Positions 63,797 through 64,000 of a stretch of DNA of 64,000 bases are shown here, in pieces; position 1 is the first letter of the stretch; every line of letters begins with the position of its first letter. The stretch lies in contig NC_043008.1 in the NCBI RefSeq assembly GCF_006345805.1, forward strand, positions 73,036,001 through 73,100,000, given 5' to 3'. The notes beneath the pieces were generated by a model, which was not told the DNA's origin, did not search any database, and saw only the letters and a list, made by a program, of their open reading frames with translations. A program made the position numbers and the translations under genes. Origin of the DNA: Octopus sinensis (taxonomy: Eukaryota).

Positions 63797-63797
<1 letters not shown>
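63590..63797 (+). mobile_element. SINE family M
   Basis: TTGGCAGAATTGTTA..AAATGCTTAGTGGCATTTCG..CCCTTTTGGGGTTTATAAAATAAGTACCAGTTG, lying between ATT and AAT tracts. Confidence 0.78.
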
Positions 63798-63844
<47 letters not shown>

Positions 63845-63880
63845 TCTTCTTCTTCTTCTTCTTATTATTATTATTATTAG

Positions 63881-64000
63881 AAAGGTGGTGAGCCGGTGGA
63901 ATCATACCACATAAGACAAAACACTTAGTGGCATTTTGTCTGGCTCTTTACATTCTGAGTTGAAATGTGGCTGGGATCTACTTTGCCTTGCATCCCTCCA
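63881..64000 (+). mobile_element. SINE family M, runs off the window end
   Basis: AAGGTGGTGAGCCGG..CTTAGTGGCATTTTG..CATTCTGAGTTGAAAT. Confidence 0.7.

Overview
AT-rich, microsatellite-dense eukaryotic non-coding DNA. The SINE repertoire suggests an octopus/cephalopod genome (inference). I found no host protein-coding exon, rRNA, intact tRNA gene or CRISPR array that I can support, and most ORF-track entries are microsatellite translations. The window is a mosaic of mobile elements: three Penelope-like retroelements (PLEs) resembling three clades (Neptune-, Nematis- and Naiad-like), Dong/R4 restriction-endonuclease LINEs in (TAA)n tracts, RTE LINE ends, several tRNA-derived SINE families, a fold-back mariner, two decayed Tc1/maT-like transposases and a probable non-autonomous Helitron. 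The main result is about a dozen minimal type I hammerhead ribozyme (HHR) motifs in about eight unrelated repeat families. Their cores show C-G, U-A and G-C versions of the 3-8 pair. One family is a short non-coding element joining a tRNA-derived Pol III head to an HHR, inserted twice as a TSD-flanked inverted duplication, which makes it a candidate Penelope-dependent SINE. All folds and alignments were done by eye, boundaries are approximate, and family names were not database-checked.
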